From positions 32,001 through 96,000 of IMG/VR virus record IMGVR_UViG_3300030106_005509: a stretch of 64,000 nucleotides of DNA, one strand, 5' to 3'. Both the position numbers and the translations under genes were made by a program. The stretch's first letter is position 1; each line of letters opens with the position of its first letter. This document shows positions 49,198 to 58,919 of the stretch, piece by piece. A model generated the notes under the pieces. It searched no databases and was not told where the DNA came from. It saw only the letters and a program-made list of their open reading frames with translations. This DNA comes from a virus.

Positions 49198-49931
49198 GCT
49201 TCACCTGATCTTATTTCGTCTAAAGTCCATTGTTGATAAGCTAATCCGTAAAAAAAGTCACGATCCATAGGTGGATTCTCAATGTCCGACACCTCACCCA
49301 GATTTCTCGATGGGTTAGTAAAGATCGTAGGAACTCCGTTGAGTAATGCTGTTATTCCTGCATTTGAATGGTCTGTTACCAACGCCCATGCATTCGGTAG
49401 CACTCTTTCTAGAGGGATTTCATTTTTTATAGATACAACTATTTTTCTGTCTGTGTATTGCTGCAACTCTCTTACGGTATTTCTTAGCCAGTCATGCATA
49501 CCCCAATAGTCCGCCATATATTTTGACGGAGGGACAACTATTACATGATCTCCTGTTTTACGCCAGTCTTTTACCTTCAAACCTTTTAGCTGTAATTGTA
49601 AAAAACGATCTGAGTCAAACTTACCAAGACCGTTATGCCAAAATGTGTTGTTAGTTATTCTATAATACCCATCGTAAGACTCTGGCGTGGTTGATCTAAA
49701 AAAATATCCGTGATCTATATGCCAGTAATCCTTTGCGGCTTTAAGGGCATCTCCACAACCACGAAGTATTCCGTAACTAGCAACGCGAGGAACTATTATG
49801 TTTCTCTTTGCTAATTCTTGAAGCTTAAAAATGTCTATGATTCCACCACCACAGCCTTCAGCAAAAGCCCTTCCTACAACCTTGCTTCTCTCATGTTGTG
49901 TAAGAATTGTCTTTGGTGGAGACGCTGCCAT
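49167..49931 (-). CDS. KpsS/Capsule_synth-like putative glycosyltransferase (paralog 2)
   Basis: IDHGYF, WRKTGDHVIV, TDRKIVV, AWALVTDHSNAGITALLNGVP, LAYQQWT.DEIRSG.AW. Confidence 0.55.
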   Translation of the reverse strand: MAASPPKTILTQHERSKVVGRAFAEGCGGGIIDIFKLQELAKRNIIVPRVASYGILRGCGDALKAAKDYWHIDHGYFFRSTTPESYDGYYRITNNTFWHNGLGKFDSDRFLQLQLKGLKVKDWRKTGDHVIVVPPSKYMADYWGMHDWLRNTVRELQQYTDRKIVVSIKNEIPLERVLPNAWALVTDHSNAGITALLNGVPTIFTNPSRNLGEVSDIENPPMDRDFFYGLAYQQWTLDEIRSGEAWNYLGDTKH

Positions 49932-49932
49932 T

Positions 49933-50709
49933 CTATTGTGGATCTTTATGACCTTTCATAGAGGGTAAACCGTGCCTTTTCCAATGTATTCCTTTTTTAT
50001 GAACTAAGTATTCAGCAAAAGGCCCATGTTCTACGACATTGTTTTCTTGGACATCTACAATATCTCTGGTTGCTATATTTGTATATTCTTCAACGACCAT
50101 TCTAAATACATAGCCGTCATCCCATCTAAGATATTTTCTAAACTCACCACTTCTAAACTTGTTGATAACAATACTTAAGAGCAAGGCTCCTTCTTCTTTT
50201 AAGTTAAATCCAATTATGCCGGACTCTATCCCAGTGCCAGACTTTTTCCTGTGAGGCCCTAAGTGATAGAACATAGAGTGACCGCTAAATATCTCCTCTA
50301 TCTTTGATCCCGGCAGATGCTTATTTACCACCGTGTCGCTATCTAGGAATACTATAGCCTCGTAGCCTGACTTATTATCCATAGCCGCATTGAGTGCTAC
50401 TATCTTTCTAAACCACTGAGAGGCTCTTTGATTGAATTTAGTTTTTTCCTCATAGACACCTTCAAATTTACCACCAAGCTCGACAGGTATGATGTCCTCG
50501 TTTTCCTTTAGCCATGAAGAAAGAAAGCTATCTTGTTCTAAGTCATGAAAAATAAACTTTCTATGGTGGGGAATAACTGCGTCTAGACCGTCTTCGTGAG
50601 CAATGAGAAGATCGCCTTCTGTCTTATATTTGACGAAAGACGTAATCATGTCATTTCCGGTAGCTTTAAAAAGCTTGTCATTGAATGTCGTTACATAAAG
50701 GACTTTCAT
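49933..50709 (-). CDS. putative GT-A nucleotide-diphospho-sugar transferase
   Basis: FRKIVA...VFLDSD (DxD), ESGIIGFN, WDDGYVF, HKKG. Confidence 0.6.
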   Translation of the reverse strand: MKVLYVTTFNDKLFKATGNDMITSFVKYKTEGDLLIAHEDGLDAVIPHHRKFIFHDLEQDSFLSSWLKENEDIIPVELGGKFEGVYEEKTKFNQRASQWFRKIVALNAAMDNKSGYEAIVFLDSDTVVNKHLPGSKIEEIFSGHSMFYHLGPHRKKSGTGIESGIIGFNLKEEGALLLSIVINKFRSGEFRKYLRWDDGYVFRMVVEEYTNIATRDIVDVQENNVVEHGPFAEYLVHKKGIHWKRHGLPSMKGHKDPQ

Positions 50710-51380
50710 GCCATTTCTTCCAGTAAGGGAAAGAACCTAGAAAATACTCCAAGTCTCTTGCCATAAACTAATTGGTGGTTAACCTTTTTTGTATTTACTA
50801 CCCACAATGCACCAGAACCAAACTCAATTTCGTGACAATTCTGTTTTTGTTTGCAGGCATCGCAGTAAGTGCAGGGACAGGAGATCCTCCACACTCTAGC
50901 TTCATTATCAAGATTCAAAAATATTCTCATAGGCTCTTGATCATAATTATCCATGTGCATTCTACGAGGTATTTCTTTTGTATCAAACCTAAGATTGAAT
51001 TGGTCATCTCTGACATACTTCAAATCTCCCATGAAGTACCTAGAAGCCAAATCATTGCTAAACAATCTATATCGCTTTACAGAGAATTCCCCAAGTCTAT
51101 CTCTTATATTTGCTAAAATTGTTCCAGCCTCAGCATTTCTAAACAAGGTGCTTGGCTTCCCAATGATTCCCTCTACGGTATGCTTTCCTCCGACATCATA
51201 GTTGTTTTTGTTTTGTGTTTGTGAATCTTGAAGTATTGCAATTTCATCCTTAGAAACAAAGTTGTCAATTATCACAAGTTTCTTGTCTAGGTAATATTGA
51301 GACAGATCATCTGATTCTTTTTTATGTGAAACAATAATATTGTTAGGCAGTTCTTCACTTAGCGTGACTTTTGTTTTCAT
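50706..51380 (-). CDS. Kdo hydroxylase (KdoO)-like dioxygenase
   Basis: LRF...RMHMDNY...MRIFLNLD...RVWR...EFGSGALWVVN...VNHQLVYG matches the remembered HxD...RVF.N...RVWR...F.PG..W...H....G pattern of the Kdo_hydroxy family. Confidence 0.55.
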   Translation of the reverse strand: MKTKVTLSEELPNNIIVSHKKESDDLSQYYLDKKLVIIDNFVSKDEIAILQDSQTQNKNNYDVGGKHTVEGIIGKPSTLFRNAEAGTILANIRDRLGEFSVKRYRLFSNDLASRYFMGDLKYVRDDQFNLRFDTKEIPRRMHMDNYDQEPMRIFLNLDNEARVWRISCPCTYCDACKQKQNCHEIEFGSGALWVVNTKKVNHQLVYGKRLGVFSRFFPLLEEMA

Positions 51381-51903
51381 TTAACTTCTCCATCTTAGAA
51401 GCTGGAACTATATAGTTTTTTGGTAGATACGGGCCATACTGCTTTTCTTGCTTGACTTCGTCAAACTTATCTCTTGTTATTTGACCTAGTACTTCTACCA
51501 CCTTATTTTTTATATCCCATCTGGTAAGGACATAAAGTTTTGGAGGGGTTCTTTGTTCGTATTCTTTTACTGTGATTTTCAGTTCTGGCTCCCCTCTACC
51601 CATGTAGGTTATCGTTTTAACCTCAACCCCATCGAAGTCTTGACCAGAATCTCGAACTGAATATATTTCTTCATCAACCTTTTGGTCTGTTGCTAGAGCG
51701 TATCCAAGCTCGCCAATAACACCAAGAAAATGAGCCATGTATTGTTTATCAACTTTAAACTCGGAAGACATCTCCTCCTTGCCATCATTCATAAACTTAG
51801 CAACGTCTTTGTTTCTAAACGATACATCTTTTGCGTCATGTCGCTTCATCGCAAGGTCTAAAGCGTAATCAAGTTGTTCGTGGTTCAATTTAAATTTTGT
51901 CAT
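51355..51903 (-). CDS. PD-(D/E)xK-fold hypothetical phage protein
   Basis: GVIGELG...DSGQDFDGVEVKT. Confidence 0.55.
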   Translation of the reverse strand: MTKFKLNHEQLDYALDLAMKRHDAKDVSFRNKDVAKFMNDGKEEMSSEFKVDKQYMAHFLGVIGELGYALATDQKVDEEIYSVRDSGQDFDGVEVKTITYMGRGEPELKITVKEYEQRTPPKLYVLTRWDIKNKVVEVLGQITRDKFDEVKQEKQYGPYLPKNYIVPASKMEKLNENKSHAK

Positions 51904-52574
51904 TTGTCAAATCCATAAATCATTAGGCATTTACTATCTACTGGTATTCTTTTTCCGCCAAGAGACTCCAAAAGATCACAGCACAAATCTTTGTCTTGGT
52001 CTATCTCGAAGACAACCACAGGCTTCCATTTCTCTATCGTTCTCTTTGCACCTTTAAGTATCCTAAGCTCATGCCCTTGCGTGTCAATCTTTATTAACCC
52101 AACTTCATGAAAGTTGTGAGAATCTAATGCTCTGACATCGACTACATCTTCAGGGGTGAACTTGTTTCCTTTGATCTGGTCTGTGTAGACTATTTTGCAA
52201 TCGCCGCAATTTTTGACACCCAGAAGTAGATTTCCTTGAGTTTTCTTCTCGCCTAGACCATGACTGTAAAGACTTATGTTGTCTAAATTCTTTGTGTTTT
52301 CAATGAAGCACTCTCTGTTTTTTTCGGCTGGCTCGAAAGCTTCTACTTTGTCAAATTTTTCAGCAAGCGGCCTGCTCCATATACCTACATTACCACCAGC
52401 GTCAACAAACGTACCGAAGTTAGTAACGGCATCTAAAGCAGCCTTCCTCACTCTTCTTTCGTAGTAAAGATCTGTGTGAGTAGGATCAGAATCCTTCTTC
52501 TTTCTCTCGTTTATTTTTCTTGTTATAAGTTCGTCCCCGTCAGGAACGCACCACACGTCATTTATCCTGTGCAT
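51900..52574 (-). CDS. FkbM-family methyltransferase
   Basis: VDAGGNVG, AFEP, IKIDTQGHE..IL.GA, PVVVFE. Confidence 0.85.
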   Translation of the reverse strand: MHRINDVWCVPDGDELITRKINERKKKDSDPTHTDLYYERRVRKAALDAVTNFGTFVDAGGNVGIWSRPLAEKFDKVEAFEPAEKNRECFIENTKNLDNISLYSHGLGEKKTQGNLLLGVKNCGDCKIVYTDQIKGNKFTPEDVVDVRALDSHNFHEVGLIKIDTQGHELRILKGAKRTIEKWKPVVVFEIDQDKDLCCDLLESLGGKRIPVDSKCLMIYGFDK

Positions 52575-53538
52575 GTTTTAGATTACTCCTTAAATGATTC
52601 CAAGCAAGCCCTTGACGCATCTCTTCTAAAGACCATTCTGCGTAAGACATGTCGTAAACCCATTGATTTCTGCTAGGCTTTTCTGGGTCTTCTATCTTCT
52701 TTATTGTATGCCCTGCAACATCATAAGCTAAACAAATTGGATCTTCCGTTATGACAGGTATACCGTTAAAAGCAGCGTCAACAGCGCCGTTTGACGTTCT
52801 AGTCACAGCGCACCAAGCATTTTTTAAGTCTTCTTTGATGCTAACCTGTTTAGCGTCAGTTAGTTTTATATTATCGACTCCTTCTGGAGGTCGAATTCTA
52901 TTTCTTATCTCTTTATCGCCTATGGGATGTGTTCTAAAGACAATAGGTCTGTCAGTATACTCCCTAACCCTTTTGACTAGATTGTGATAGTAGTCTGTAG
53001 GATCAGTCCACATATTAGACATTGGGTCGCTTTCGGTTCCAACATGAGACAGGCCAGCGCCGTAATGTGTTTGACCTATGATCAAAACATGATCGCCAGA
53101 GTTGCGCCACTCTTTTATTCGTAACTTTCTCTTTTTAAACCTGTCGTTTGGGCTATTCTCGTTGTAAAAATTTGCACCCCTTTTGATGCCATCAACACCT
53201 ATTGAGTAATATCTCTCACTAGAGTCTCTATTTCTATCGTCGTCAAGAATCCCACAGTCCAGCATCACTCTTTGGCGACCAAGCTCTATCATTTTATTTT
53301 TTATGGCAACCCTCATGTAGCCTTCTTCTGCCATGCCATGAGGATCGGAGTGATAACAAAGAGATTCGTATCTTGTTACTTCAGCTATTTGAAACGATAC
53401 ATCGCATCTTTCAAGTTTATGCAGGTCACTTTTTGACTTTACAAGCTCAACGTGATCTCCAGAGCTAACGACCCCTTTAGTAAAGGACTCCATTATCTCA
53501 TCTGTTCTTCTTTTTGTGTAACATATAGCTACTTTCAT
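52558..53538 (-). CDS. KpsS/Capsule_synth-like putative glycosyltransferase (paralog 3)
   Basis: WRNSGDHVLI, TDRPIVFRTHP, AWCAVTRTSNGAVDAAFNGIP, SYAEWS.EEMRQG.AW; start at ATG 53538 (TAATG overlap). Confidence 0.55.
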   Translation of the reverse strand: MKVAICYTKRRTDEIMESFTKGVVSSGDHVELVKSKSDLHKLERCDVSFQIAEVTRYESLCYHSDPHGMAEEGYMRVAIKNKMIELGRQRVMLDCGILDDDRNRDSSERYYSIGVDGIKRGANFYNENSPNDRFKKRKLRIKEWRNSGDHVLIIGQTHYGAGLSHVGTESDPMSNMWTDPTDYYHNLVKRVREYTDRPIVFRTHPIGDKEIRNRIRPPEGVDNIKLTDAKQVSIKEDLKNAWCAVTRTSNGAVDAAFNGIPVITEDPICLAYDVAGHTIKKIEDPEKPSRNQWVYDMSYAEWSLEEMRQGLAWNHLRSNLKHAQDK

Positions 53539-54200
53539 TAGAGGTAACTCCTCCAAAGCTCAGCATAATCCACATCTTGCCAGTTATCAAACCAAGGACC
53601 ACCATTGGTAAAGTGAATCACAGCAGGCGGTGTTTCAGGCTTGTCGTACTCACCTTCTAGCCAGTTCCACTCTAGAGGTATCTCGCCTATCTCTTCATCA
53701 TTTAAAAATTGAAATCTATGCAGAAAAGCTCCCGACTCGCTACTTGCTATATCTTTTGTTAGGGCTTTATTAGAAGGATGAGAGCAATTCCATAATATGC
53801 AACTAGACCAGTTTTTTCTTGGGTAAGAAACTTGCTTTTGACCATCCATTTTTACAGCGTTTCTAGGCACATAGTCATGTTTAACGCACATTAGTGCGTA
53901 TTTGTCGTCTGCCATGGCGAACAACTCAGCTACGTCTTTCGTGAATAAAAAGTCACAGTCTATGAATAATGCCCAGCCGTTGTAATCTGCTAGATATGGA
54001 GTCAGAAACCTAGTGTAAGTAAACTCCACAGAACCAGCTTCTGGTTGTGGCCTGTAATACTCTCCGGTCTCAATAAGCGTCTCTCTAACAATCGGTGTGA
54101 TATCAAGCTCTTGCGATGCGTGTTCTTTTAGGGATTTAACACAGACATTGTAAGCGTCTGTTTCTCTGCTGTCCCATCCAATAAAAACTTTAAGTGTCAT
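53538..54200 (-). CDS. GT8-like glycosyltransferase
   Basis: VFIGWDSRE, SVEFTYTRFL.PYL, FIDCDFL, YPRKNWSS, HFTNGGPW. Confidence 0.8.
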   Translation of the reverse strand: MTLKVFIGWDSRETDAYNVCVKSLKEHASQELDITPIVRETLIETGEYYRPQPEAGSVEFTYTRFLTPYLADYNGWALFIDCDFLFTKDVAELFAMADDKYALMCVKHDYVPRNAVKMDGQKQVSYPRKNWSSCILWNCSHPSNKALTKDIASSESGAFLHRFQFLNDEEIGEIPLEWNWLEGEYDKPETPPAVIHFTNGGPWFDNWQDVDYAELWRSYL

Positions 54201-55566
54201 TTAGAAATACCTCTAAGTCTTCTGGCGTTCCAAGACCCCACATTTTGTCGATGTCGAACACCTTTATTTTTTTCTTATCTTCTATAGCTTCGTTAAATAC
54301 AGGGCAGACATAAAACTCATTGTTTACCCGCTTGTCTTTTGTAATCATTTCCTCGGCATATTTTACATAGTCGCTACCTTTAGACCAGTAATACACACCT
54401 ACCGTAGCCTTGTTGCTGATGGGTTTCTTTTCAGCAACTTCGGAAACAAACCCGTCGTCATCAAGTTTAGCAAAGCTCCACTTTGGATGAACCGACTCAA
54501 AAGTTAAGATTCCGCCGTCTACACCTGAAGCTTGCATGGAATACAAGAATTCATTGCTGTTCCAGTCAATAAACTGATCGGAATTTGCTGTTAAAAGCGG
54601 CTCGTCGTTGTTGATGAATTCTTTTGCCAACAATGTTGTACAAGCCGCACCTTCAGTTACTCCATCAACTTGAACTATCTCGCAATTAGGAGCTATTAAG
54701 TTAAGTAGATACTGAAGATTGTATTTTTCGTAGTGGCTTTTTTGGACTATGAATATGTGTTGAGCATCAATGTTCAAATTTTCAACGACAACCTGTATCA
54801 TCGGCTTGCCATTGACTTCAATAAGCGGCTTAGGAAAGGTGTATCCCGCTTTTTCAAAGCGAGAGCCAGCCCCAGCCATTGGTATCAAAACTTTCATATT
54901 TCCACCCTGCCATTTGGGTCTTATCGGTTTATGCTTACATTCAGCTTTTTCTATAGCTTTATGTATGTTATCTAATCTTACGTCTTCTAGACCTTTTACG
55001 CCTAAAACATTTCCTCCAGATTTTGCAGCCGCCTCTCTACCTATATGAGAGTCCTCTATAATAAGACATTCTTCTGGGTTGACTCCAGCATGTACCATGC
55101 ATTTTAAGTATATTTCAGAGTGTGGCTTTGGGTTTTTTACGTCTTCGTTAGAAAAGTACTCATCTATGTATTCTAAGTAACCTGCTTTTAAAAGCATTAG
55201 CTTTACACTAGACCTTATTGAGTTTGATGCGCAATATATTTTATATCCTTCACTACTAAGTCTTCTTAATACCATGCATATACCAGCGTGTGCAGTAGGA
55301 CTAACTACATCTGATATTACTTTCTGTGTGCATTTTTGTTTTTCTTGCCAAACTTCTTCATGTATATCAGTAGGTAGCCCTTTTTCTTTAGATAGCTTAG
55401 CCAGTTTTTTGCTTGTAGGAAGTCCGTCGTAAGAAGAGAGATGTTCTTCTAGTGATATTACATACTCCTCTCCAAACTTAGACAAGGCTCTATTAAGAGC
55501 TTCGTAATGTATGTTTCTGGCTTCAACTAATACGCCATCAAGATCAAATATTACAAGTTTTATCAT
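54190..55566 (-). CDS. fusion of a HAD phosphatase and a BcbE-like sugar nucleotidyltransferase
   Basis: FDLDGVLV, KPHSEIY, IEDS..G; then LIPMAGAGSRF..AGY..PKPLIEV.GKPMI, TEGAACT, EKKPIS, NEFYVCPV, GLGTPEDL. Confidence 0.85.
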   Translation of the reverse strand: MIKLVIFDLDGVLVEARNIHYEALNRALSKFGEEYVISLEEHLSSYDGLPTSKKLAKLSKEKGLPTDIHEEVWQEKQKCTQKVISDVVSPTAHAGICMVLRRLSSEGYKIYCASNSIRSSVKLMLLKAGYLEYIDEYFSNEDVKNPKPHSEIYLKCMVHAGVNPEECLIIEDSHIGREAAAKSGGNVLGVKGLEDVRLDNIHKAIEKAECKHKPIRPKWQGGNMKVLIPMAGAGSRFEKAGYTFPKPLIEVNGKPMIQVVVENLNIDAQHIFIVQKSHYEKYNLQYLLNLIAPNCEIVQVDGVTEGAACTTLLAKEFINNDEPLLTANSDQFIDWNSNEFLYSMQASGVDGGILTFESVHPKWSFAKLDDDGFVSEVAEKKPISNKATVGVYYWSKGSDYVKYAEEMITKDKRVNNEFYVCPVFNEAIEDKKKIKVFDIDKMWGLGTPEDLEVFLNDT

Positions 55567-56228
55567 GCGTATTGTCTACCTCTTAGTAGCATTGGAAAAT
55601 CTATTCTTTCTACCGGTAGGTTATTGTAACTAATATGGTATTTCAGTATGTATTCAGGATGTATTGTAATATTGTTTCGTGCATAGTGTCTTATATGATT
55701 ATAAACAGAATTATAAAAATTCATATAGTAAGGAGAGCTAAAGGCTAACGAGTCTTGATAGCCACCTCTACCATCAAGTCCGTATGGTATAACAAGATTG
55801 CTGTAAGCAAGTTCTATCTCTTCTTGAGTTATGGCTCTTTCGTACTCTATCTCAGTTCTACACCTAAAAACAACATCGTATTTTTCATTGTTTACCTGCT
55901 CAAAACACTTCATGTTCGTATAGAACATGCACATCATTCTTTCAGCGCTTGTCTCTGGGGACTTTGTAGGAAAGTCAAAACTCTTTCCACTTAAAAATTC
56001 ATCACAATCCTCAAGAACGATTGATTTTGGCTTATAAGAATCTATAAATTCTTCTACAGTTCCATCTTCAGAGAACCGGCTAGTCACACTATTTTGCTTT
56101 TGTTTTTCAAAATCCCAACCATAGACAAACAAGTCTGCGTTTGTAGGCTCTATTATGTTTTTGAAGAGAGAGTCTCTGCTCTTCTTAAAACTTCTTAGCT
56201 GTCCAGATAGGCAAACTGCGACTTTCAT
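55563..56228 (-). CDS. putative glycosyltransferase (KVAVCLSGQLR family)
   Basis: MKVAVCLSGQLR, YDVVFRCRTE, QDSLAF, HPE.IL. Confidence 0.55.
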   Translation of the reverse strand: MKVAVCLSGQLRSFKKSRDSLFKNIIEPTNADLFVYGWDFEKQKQNSVTSRFSEDGTVEEFIDSYKPKSIVLEDCDEFLSGKSFDFPTKSPETSAERMMCMFYTNMKCFEQVNNEKYDVVFRCRTEIEYERAITQEEIELAYSNLVIPYGLDGRGGYQDSLAFSSPYYMNFYNSVYNHIRHYARNNITIHPEYILKYHISYNNLPVERIDFPMLLRGRQYA

Positions 56229-56932
56229 AGTTTCTTTCTTTCCAATCTATTTTGTTCACAGTTACTAAACAGCCCTTTGTCATGAATGACTTTAGGCATG
56301 ACGTAGTAAGTTTTCATTTCTTTATGTAGATCTCTATTTAGTTGAGAGTCTATCGGGTTCACAGGCTCAAGCCCTATTAGCTTATCAAGCATTGTGTGAT
56401 TGATTATAACGCCGTGCATACCGCCACATGTAAAGTGAGCCTCGGATACAATCCCAACACCTATATGTCCATGCTCAGAGTACATTCTTTCTACAGTTTC
56501 GTTCCAAGCATCATCTGCTTCGCCTATCCACCAGCCTAGAAACAACATGTCAAAATCTAAATTTTCAAAGTCAACTATATAGTTGCCAAGTCTTGACATA
56601 ACATCGTCAAATCTTTCGGTAAAGTAAGCGTCATCTTCTAGCATCAAAAATCTTTTGACGCCCTCTTCCTTCATCTTCTTAAAAATTTCTATGTGAGACA
56701 TGAAAGCATTGTAATGTCTTATCTTTGTTGTATCATTGCCATAGCCCCACTCAGACATGTCTGCCGATTCGTCATCAATTCTGTCGTATTCTTCGTTGTT
56801 TAGTAGGTTTCCTTCGCCCACAACATAAGGCTCAAAGTCTATGCCTTTTGATTCACATTGCTTTCTAAGATCTTCCCACTCATCTTTCCGCTTGTCTAAA
56901 CAAAGACAGACAGCTTTTTCTATTCCGAGCAT
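56225..56932 (-). CDS. GT25-family glycosyltransferase
   Basis: CLDKR.D, MSHIEI, LMLEDDA, DMLFLG, PID. Confidence 0.7.
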   Translation of the reverse strand: MLGIEKAVCLCLDKRKDEWEDLRKQCESKGIDFEPYVVGEGNLLNNEEYDRIDDESADMSEWGYGNDTTKIRHYNAFMSHIEIFKKMKEEGVKRFLMLEDDAYFTERFDDVMSRLGNYIVDFENLDFDMLFLGWWIGEADDAWNETVERMYSEHGHIGVGIVSEAHFTCGGMHGVIINHTMLDKLIGLEPVNPIDSQLNRDLHKEMKTYYVMPKVIHDKGLFSNCEQNRLERKKL

Positions 56933-57972
56933 TTTTTCATCTCTTCCAATAAATACTTTGCCATTGATTCTGTAGTCAAATACTTTTCGGTGTAATCTCT
57001 AAACTCTTGGCATAAATTAAAATATTCAATTGTATTGAAATTTGAATGGTCTATATACCCTCTAGCTGCACCGTCTTGTATTTTTCTAGATGTTCCTATA
57101 TACGTGTCTTTGTCTTGGTCAAAAGGGTCTTTAGTTCCGGGGAATACCCCGTAAACCTTTTTGGCTTTTACGCAAAGATCTTTTGGAAATCTAAACATGC
57201 TTTTCTCAGGGCATTTTTCTATATCTGTAAAGTACGGCACTGAACCAGCGGCTAGTATTTCATAATGTCTCATACAATCCCAAGACTCTTCGATTACATC
57301 TTCTCTACCCTTCTTGCACGTAAAAGAAAAGTAGCTTTTAGAATACATTTTGTAGTAATCGTCTTCATTGTCGTATATATATGACTTCATGTGAGGGTCG
57401 TCGAAATGTCCATATGCAGGAACAAGAGGTGCAAAGTCAAACTCTTTGATCCTCTCTATCGGTCTTATTTTCTCTTTTGGTAAAGAGAAGGATATAGGTA
57501 TAGCACCTTCACTTTCAGGCCCTATCTCTCTTTTAAAGAATGGAAGCATAGATATTAGTGATTTATCTGTCTTTGGTCTGTCCCAGCCGTCTATTAAGCA
57601 AACCCTATTTGAGGGGAACTTATCTATGACTTTAGATATTACTTCTTTTATCGTTTGCCAGTCTTGAACAATAGTGTGATGAAGCGGGCATATGATGTAA
57701 TCAAAGTATTGATTTACTATCTTGCTACCTATATCGTCTCTGTCTATTTCAATTTCTGGAAGAAGTCCGTAGGTAGTAAACCCCTTTCCCCATAGCTTGC
57801 TAAGCTTTTCTTTAGGTGCGTCTTTATAAAGATGCCACATCCTGTAGCCGTCTACTAGGTCTTCACCAAGAATTGATCTAAGCCCATGAAACAGAGTGTC
57901 AGTCAGATAATCTCCTGCCTGAACTGAGTCTACAGCGTGGTGTTGTATCAGAGGGTAGTATAGAACTTTCAT
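56920..57972 (-). CDS. putative GT-B glycosyltransferase
   Basis: DYLTD.LFHGLR, FFKRE, Y.YDNE.DY, WDCMRHYEILAAGSVPYF. Confidence 0.55.
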   Translation of the reverse strand: MKVLYYPLIQHHAVDSVQAGDYLTDTLFHGLRSILGEDLVDGYRMWHLYKDAPKEKLSKLWGKGFTTYGLLPEIEIDRDDIGSKIVNQYFDYIICPLHHTIVQDWQTIKEVISKVIDKFPSNRVCLIDGWDRPKTDKSLISMLPFFKREIGPESEGAIPISFSLPKEKIRPIERIKEFDFAPLVPAYGHFDDPHMKSYIYDNEDDYYKMYSKSYFSFTCKKGREDVIEESWDCMRHYEILAAGSVPYFTDIEKCPEKSMFRFPKDLCVKAKKVYGVFPGTKDPFDQDKDTYIGTSRKIQDGAARGYIDHSNFNTIEYFNLCQEFRDYTEKYLTTESMAKYLLEEMKKCSE

Positions 57973-58919
57973 TTTGCATTTCTAACAACGTCAAAGATTA
58001 CATCTTTTGATTTTGGAAACTTTGGTATCCAGCCAACAGACTTTAGTAGCTCGTTACTAGCTCTAATTACTCTATTGTCACCCTTCCAGTTTGCTTCTTC
58101 TCCAAGCCACTTAATTGGCTTCTGTATTTCCAAAGCGTCCATCGCAGCCTCTGCCACTTCCTCTACAGTGATTGAGTCATCGGGGACAACATTGAAAATT
58201 TTATTTTCCGTATTTTGCATCCCAAGCATCATCAATGCTTCTACAGCATCTTCTATATGACAAAACGGCTTGGTAGATCCCGGATAAGAACCTAAAGCTT
58301 CTAGGTTTGGATTGTCGCTCTTAATTTTTCTGATAAAGTCTTTTACTATTCCGTGAGTTAAACCTGAACCCACAGTGGCGCACAACCTTGCCGATACTCC
58401 ATCTATTTTGCCTGAATTAGTATACGATTGAATTATGCTCTCAGAAGCTCTTTTAGTCATTCCATAAATTGACGTAGGCTTACAAGCGGCGTACTCCTTG
58501 TATTCTCTGTCGGGGTTTGAAGAATTGTAAACCCAATCACCATAGACTATAACGGAAGAAGCTAAAACAACCTTGCATCCTTCAGGTGCGTAATGAGCTA
58601 CTTTCTGTGTGCTTATAGTATTGTCTAAGATAATCCCGTGTGGATTGTCATCGTCTGGTTTTACTACAGCGTTGCTTGCCAAATGAAATATCAAATCAGG
58701 ACTGTGTTGCCTACAGATGTTTTCAAACATGTAGTAGCTATCTTTCGACCTGTCTACTTCGCCAAGATCAAGAGCGTAGTGAGTGCTTAGTTTAACATCT
58801 TTTTTGTTTCTGATTACAGGTCTTCTAGAAACCGTAATAAGCTCATGACCCAGAAGTTTAAGCTTGAGGGTTAGATGTCTCCCTATAAATCCTGTAGCGC
58901 CTGTGATAAGTATCTTCAT
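57969..58919 (-). CDS. NAD-dependent epimerase/dehydratase (GalE-like SDR)
   Basis: ITGATGFIG, FHLAS, ASSVIVYG, PTSIYGMTK; start reassigned to the ATG at 58919 (ATGA overlap). Confidence 0.85.
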   Translation of the reverse strand: MKILITGATGFIGRHLTLKLKLLGHELITVSRRPVIRNKKDVKLSTHYALDLGEVDRSKDSYYMFENICRQHSPDLIFHLASNAVVKPDDDNPHGIILDNTISTQKVAHYAPEGCKVVLASSVIVYGDWVYNSSNPDREYKEYAACKPTSIYGMTKRASESIIQSYTNSGKIDGVSARLCATVGSGLTHGIVKDFIRKIKSDNPNLEALGSYPGSTKPFCHIEDAVEALMMLGMQNTENKIFNVVPDDSITVEEVAEAAMDALEIQKPIKWLGEEANWKGDNRVIRASNELLKSVGWIPKFPKSKDVIFDVVRNAK

